Origin: Zygophlyctis sp. KS116
Taxonomy: Eukaryota > Fungi > Chytridiomycota
Assembly: GCA_054661495.1 (NCBI GenBank)
Contig: BAAFSQ010000227.1
Coordinates: 1-16,019, forward strand
Direction of reading: 5' to 3'
DNA length: 16,019 nt
Shown here: piece after piece, positions 11,058-16,019 of the stretch
How positions within the stretch are numbered: the stretch's first letter is position 1
How the letters are laid out: every line of letters starts with the position of its first letter
The notes under the pieces: model-generated
The model's input: only the letters and a program-made list of their open reading frames with translations
Database searches by the model: none
What the model was told of the DNA's origin: nothing
Made by a program: the position numbers and the translations under genes

Positions 11058-11821
11058 TTAATCCGCTTTTTCAACAATTCGAGTCAAAATTTCTTGAATT
11101 TCACTCGTTTTCAAGACTGTAAATTCAGGATTTTCTCTAGTAACAATTCCAATTTCTAGATCAGTAGCTTTAAAATCAATCGATAATACACTAGAGAGTG
11201 TATTAATAGCCAACTAATTTTTAAAAAAATTTAAAAACTTACTTCTACAACATCATCCTTGACTAATTCCAATTGTCCTTTTAATTTTTTTTCCAAGAAA
11301 TTTAATACTTCTTGATGTTTAGCACCTGCAGAAGTAGCTTTATATCCCATATAATAACCAGCAGGATCAGATTTATAGAGTAAAGGACCACGTTCATCAT
11401 CAAAACCAATCATCATCATAGAAACCCCCAAAGGTCTCATTGAAGGTTCTTGAGTATTAACTTGGTTAATAGTAGCCATTCTCTTAGATAACATATCTGC
11501 AGGAATTTCATACCCATACTTGTATCTCCATTCTCCAGCTTCCATTCTTGCACGAGTTACTTGATGACGAGCATCTGGTTCTAGACCAGTCATGACACAA
11601 CCTAAATTTCTAGTTAATTTATACACATGAGTGATAGAGTCTGGATCATACAATTTATCAGCAACCTTTTTTTGTGTTACTAAAACAGCAGAATCAGATC
11701 CTTTGATTCCTACAGTTGTAATTCCAGAATTAGAAATAGCCTTGAATGCGTATTCTACTTGGTAGAGTCTTCCTTCAGGAGAAAATACAGTAATGTGTCT
11801 ATCGTATCCAGCGCCCGCCAT
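11058..11821 (-). CDS. SCL1: 20S proteasome subunit alpha-1 (Scl1/PSMA6), 244 aa spliced, 1 intron
   Basis: [24 protein letters not shown] signature, [24 protein letters not shown]. Intron 11214-11242 (29 nt) joins to [22 protein letters not shown]...RIVEKAD*, stop at 11060-11058. Confidence 0.96.
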
Positions 11822-11889
11822 TTGTGAATTTAGGGTTTAAAGAAAAACCTAGTGTAACTTAGGAAGGCCTGTGTCTGGGTGGTAAAAAA
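11822..11889. promoter_or_regulatory. 68-nt bidirectional promoter/5'UTR region with telo-box-like AAACCCTAA (minus strand, 11830-11838)
   Basis: The only non-coding DNA between the head-to-head ATGs of SCL1 (11821) and the importin (11890). Contains GAATTTAGGGTTT, AAAAACCTAG, TTAGG and GGGTGGTAAAAAA just before the importin ATG. Confidence 0.65.
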
Positions 11890-14800
11890 ATGAATTTGCA
11901 CAATGTTATTTCAGACTCATTATCAAACGATGCACTTGTCCGATCGAATGCTGAATCTTCTCTAAAGGCTTGTGAAGTAGATCCAAAATTCCTGTTACAG
12001 TTGGTGTCTCTGATTGCTGAAAGTCAAGATCAGAGAATAAAACTTGCTGCTGGGATTTATTTCAAAAATAGAATTCAGGCTTCTTGGAGTCCGTCAAAAG
12101 AAGAAATTCCTAAAGATCAAAAGGATAAGATTAGGCATTGCATTCTACAAGTGATTTCTCAAAATATTAATATTCCAAATTTGAGATCACAACTCATTTA
12201 CTCTTTAGGAGTCATTCTACAAAATGATTTACAATTAGGACATTGGCCGTCTTACACTAGTGATTTACAAAGAGAATTAGGGTCTGATGATGTGTTAAGG
12301 ATACATACTGGTTTATTAGGGCTGTTGGAGTTTATTAAAGTTTATCAGTAATTTTATTACATTTAATACTAGATGGTCAGCTCAGAAGAAAAGAGCTCCA
12401 TTGAATCAAGCTATTGATCATTTGTTTCCAGGTTTATGTGTTTTAGGAACTAGTTTATTAAGTCATTTGAATTATAAATCTGGTGAAATGGTAAAGACTA
12501 TATCAAAAATATTTTGTGCGTCTATAAGAGTATTTTTACAATTTATTAAGAGTAGTTGGAATTGACAAAATCTCTACAAGATTCTCATAATTTATCAGGT
12601 TGGGCTACTTTTTTTATTCAAATTATTGAAAAAGAAATTCCAGAGACTGCTGAAGGTTTAACAAAAGATTTAGAAGAGCGTGAAAAGTATCCTTGGTGGA
12701 AAGCAAAAAAGTGGGCATTTCAGTCTCTATATCACTTGTATAGTAGATATGCTTGGTCTTTGAAAAAGGACAAGAAATATTCTGCATTTTCTAAAATGTT
12801 TATGGAATTTTTTGTTCCAAATATTGTTCAGGCATATTTGGTACAGATTCAACGTTTTGTAATGGGTTTTTGGATGACTGATAGAGTCAAACAACAGATT
12901 GCAATGTTTCTTGAGGAATGGTAATTTTTTTTGATTTGATTGGATAGTATAAAACCAAAAGTTACCTGGTTGTTGATTAAACCTCACTTAGAGAGTATAG
13001 TGATGCATTTTATTTTCCCGATTCTTTGTTTTAATTCTCAAGACCAAGAACTTTGGGATTCTGATCCGGTTGAATTCATTCATAAAAAGATTGACCCTCC
13101 AGTCGATGATTATAGATCACCAGTATCAGCTGCTGAAGAACTTTTAACTTCAATTGTAGTTGATCGGTATAGGCAAACATTTATTCCGGTTATGACGCTT
13201 ATAAATGGGATTCTAACAAAGTAATCTCTATTGGAATTAACAAAATTAGATACGAGAATTCACCTCCTCAAAGTAGGAATGCTCTAGAAAAAGAAGGGGC
13301 TTTGAGAATGATTGCGCTTTTAGCTGACCATTTACTGGATGATGTATATTTATAGTCTTAATTTCCTTAGGGATCACCATTTAAACCTCAAATGGAAAGT
13401 TTTATTTACATGCATGTAACTCCTGAAATTCTCAGTCCACATGGGTTTTTGAGAGCAAGAGTAAGCTTATCTTTTTCATTAATAATTAAGGCTTGCGATG
13501 TATTGCTCAAGTTTGGCTCATTAGAGTTTATAGATAATGAAAAGGTTTGTGCTGCTTTCCAATTAGTGATTCAGTGCCTCAAAGATCCTGAATTGCCAGT
13601 CAGAGTATCCGCTGCTTTATCTATCACGCCATTCTTAACTCACAAAATGATTCATGAGGCAATGAAGCCCCATGTTCAAACCATAATGCAAGAGCTTCTG
13701 AACTTGACAAACGAGATTGATATGGATACATTAACATCTGTCATGGAAGAATTGGTCTCTGAATTTTCAGAACAAATAGCTCCTTTTGCCGCTCAGCTGG
13801 CAACTCAATTGAGGGATACATTTATGCGCATCATGGGTGATTATTCTGCTGATAATGAAGATGCAGACCCTGAAGATGCAGAGAACAAGACTTTTGCTGC
13901 CATGGGAGTATTAAAAACTCTGACATCTCTCGTAATGGCAGTTGATTCATCTAAAACGATCTTGGCAGAATTAGAAGTTGTCTTAGCTCCAGTAGCATTC
14001 CATATTTTACGAAATGATATGTTTGGTAATTTAACTTTTTAACCATGAAAGATCTTTATCAAGAAACTTTTGAAATGATTGAAATGTGTATTTTCTGCTC
14101 AAAGGCAGTTTCGACAACCATTTGGCAACTTTTTGAAGTTATTTATCACACATTCAAGACTGATGGATTGGAATTTTTAGAAGAAATGGAACCAACAATC
14201 GATAATTATATAGTCTATGGCAAAGAAATACTAATGCAGTCTACTGAATTACAGCTCAGATTTGTTGATATGATAAACACCATCATGACATCTGAAGTAG
14301 AATATGTGACAGATTCTGACCGTCTTCGTGCTTGCAGACTTATGGAATCGATGATGCTAAACTTAAAACCTGCCATTGATAATGTATATATTTAATTTTG
14401 ATAATTTTAGCATGTGCCGATATTTATTCAATTAGCGCTATCGTATTTATCAAATCAAGAAAAAACCAAGTCATCTCCATTCCTTGTTCATATTTTGGAA
14501 GTTATTATCAATGCCATATACTATAATCCTCATCTTACACTATCCTTTTTGGAAAGTGTTGGAGCAACTGCTGCCTTTTTTGAATTATGGTTTAAAAGCA
14601 TTGATAATTTTACCCGTGTTCATGACAAGAAACTTTGTATTGTCAGTATCATTACTCTCTTACAAATTCCCCAAGAAAATCTTCCTGAAAGCATTAAATA
14701 CGGATGGTCACAATTTTTTGAAATCTTGTTAAAAATATTTGAAAAATATCCTGAAGCTTTAGAAGGTATCATATTAATTTTTAATATTCTAGAACGTCTT

Positions 14801-15229
14801 CGTCAGGAAAAAATTGAGAATGGGGAATACGATGATGATGAAGACGATGGAGTCGTAGAAGATGAATCTGGTGCAATTCAAGGTAATATAATTTTAAATG
14901 GTAAAAAATTAGGCCATGAAGATCACGATGAAGAGCATGAAGAAGACCCTGCATACCTTGAATATCTAAATTCTCGTGATGCTGATGAATCTAATAGATC
15001 AGATGATGGTAGTGATTGGAGTCTTGATTTAATGATGGAAGAGGATATTTATTTTGAAACTCCATTGGATAAATTGAATGCATACGTCGTGTTTGGTACT
15101 CTAATGTCTCAATTGATTGCATCACCTATTTTCACTGAAAAGATTCAAAATGGTTTATCTCCAGAAAAAAAGAGTTTTATAGAATTTCTAATGGCAAAAT
15201 CAACGCAGGAAATTAAAACCAAAATATAA
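11890..15229 (+). CDS. NMD5: Importin-7/8 family karyopherin (Nmd5/Sxm1-like), about 1021 aa spliced, 10 introns
   Basis: Introns: 12348-12372, 12530-12555, 12921-12947, 13221-13249, 13344-13370, 13461-13490, 14026-14051, 14384-14410, 14766-14792, 14883-14912. IBN_N motif AAGIYFKNRI..SW, plus WWKAKKWA, ELW..DP.EFI, FLRAR|AC, ELPVRV.AA, F.RVHDKKL and an acidic tail. Nmd5 versus Sxm1 orthology is not resolved. Confidence 0.9.
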
Positions 15230-15240
15230 CCGAGATTTAA

Positions 15241-16019
15241 ATGTTTTTCTTGATGTTTGCTACCGTTTTGGCAATGTCCCAAGGCAATGAGTCATTATTT
15301 TGGGGAACATATAGACCAAACTTGTACTTTGGCACAACAACCAGGTCGCCGCAGAGCCTGATGACTGGCTTAATGTGGTTCCAAAATGAGAACTTTGCAG
15401 GTAATTAATAGATTTTATAATTAACAGATATGAGACATGAATGCAATCAGGACAATGATATTATTTATCAATGGTAGAATGAATTTAAATTGAATTTTAG
15501 GAATGCACACGACGGAAGAACTTTTGGATCGCAGACAATTCATGATAATCGTTTCAAGCTAAATCTCAAAACAGATTTTGTTAAAGTTGCTGGCGGTGAG
15601 AATGGAGGTAATTGGGCTTTAAGAGTTTCTGGAACTCCAGCGCCTAATGATATGATCAGTATTATTTTTTATGTTGGGACTGATGGGAATGGAGAGCTCA
15701 TGAATGTAGATAATAAGATTGTCGGAAAAACTCTTGAATTGGGTGATTTTTCAGTGGAATGGAATGAAAAGGATAATAATGAAAACGTGTTCTTGAGATC
15801 ACTAGAAATACCAAGGGGGAAATTATGGAAGATTAAATATTTGACGCAAAAGTTCATTTCTGAAAATGCCAATCAGGTATCAAAGCAGAAAAATCCTCAA
15901 ATTCAGGATATTTTAGCGGCTGGTACTATGACTAAATCTGATAAAGAATCTCACAACGTTCTTCTATTTCAAGGATTTTTTAAAAAAGATTTTCAGGTAT
16001 CTTGTTTTATTAATTCTAG
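15241..16019 (+). CDS. CWH41: Mannosyl-oligosaccharide glucosidase (ER glucosidase I, GH63), 5' partial
   Basis: [15 protein letters not shown] hydrophobic leader, then [53 protein letters not shown]. Introns: 15401-15427, 15474-15500 and probably 15997-16019. Runs off the window and is absent from the ORF track. Confidence 0.93.

Overview
AT-rich eukaryotic DNA, most likely from an early-diverging (zoosporic) fungus such as a chytrid or rozellid. That assignment is inferred from gene content, not proven. The ORF track looks fragmented because the conserved genes are interrupted by 38 very short GT-AG introns (23-33 nt, mode and median 27). Removing them by hand restores continuous reading frames. 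Genes in order: 3' end of a telobox/Myb (Tbf1-like) protein; an LRR protein with an LRRC58-like C-terminus; an intronless Crinkler-like protein; a short HAUS1-like coiled coil; an IQCE-like coiled coil; SCYL1/Cex1 pseudokinase; Ncl1/Trm4 tRNA m5C methyltransferase; Nto1/BRPF; proteasome alpha-1; an importin-7/8 family karyopherin; 5' part of ER glucosidase I. The most striking feature is operon-like packing. From 4062 to 16019 only 89 nt are intergenic. A single 68-nt divergent spacer faces a leftward trio (SCL1, 10 nt, NTO1, ATGA overlap, NCL1) and a rightward pair (importin, 11 nt, CWH41). The NCL1 and CEX1 stop codons interlock in one TTAA.
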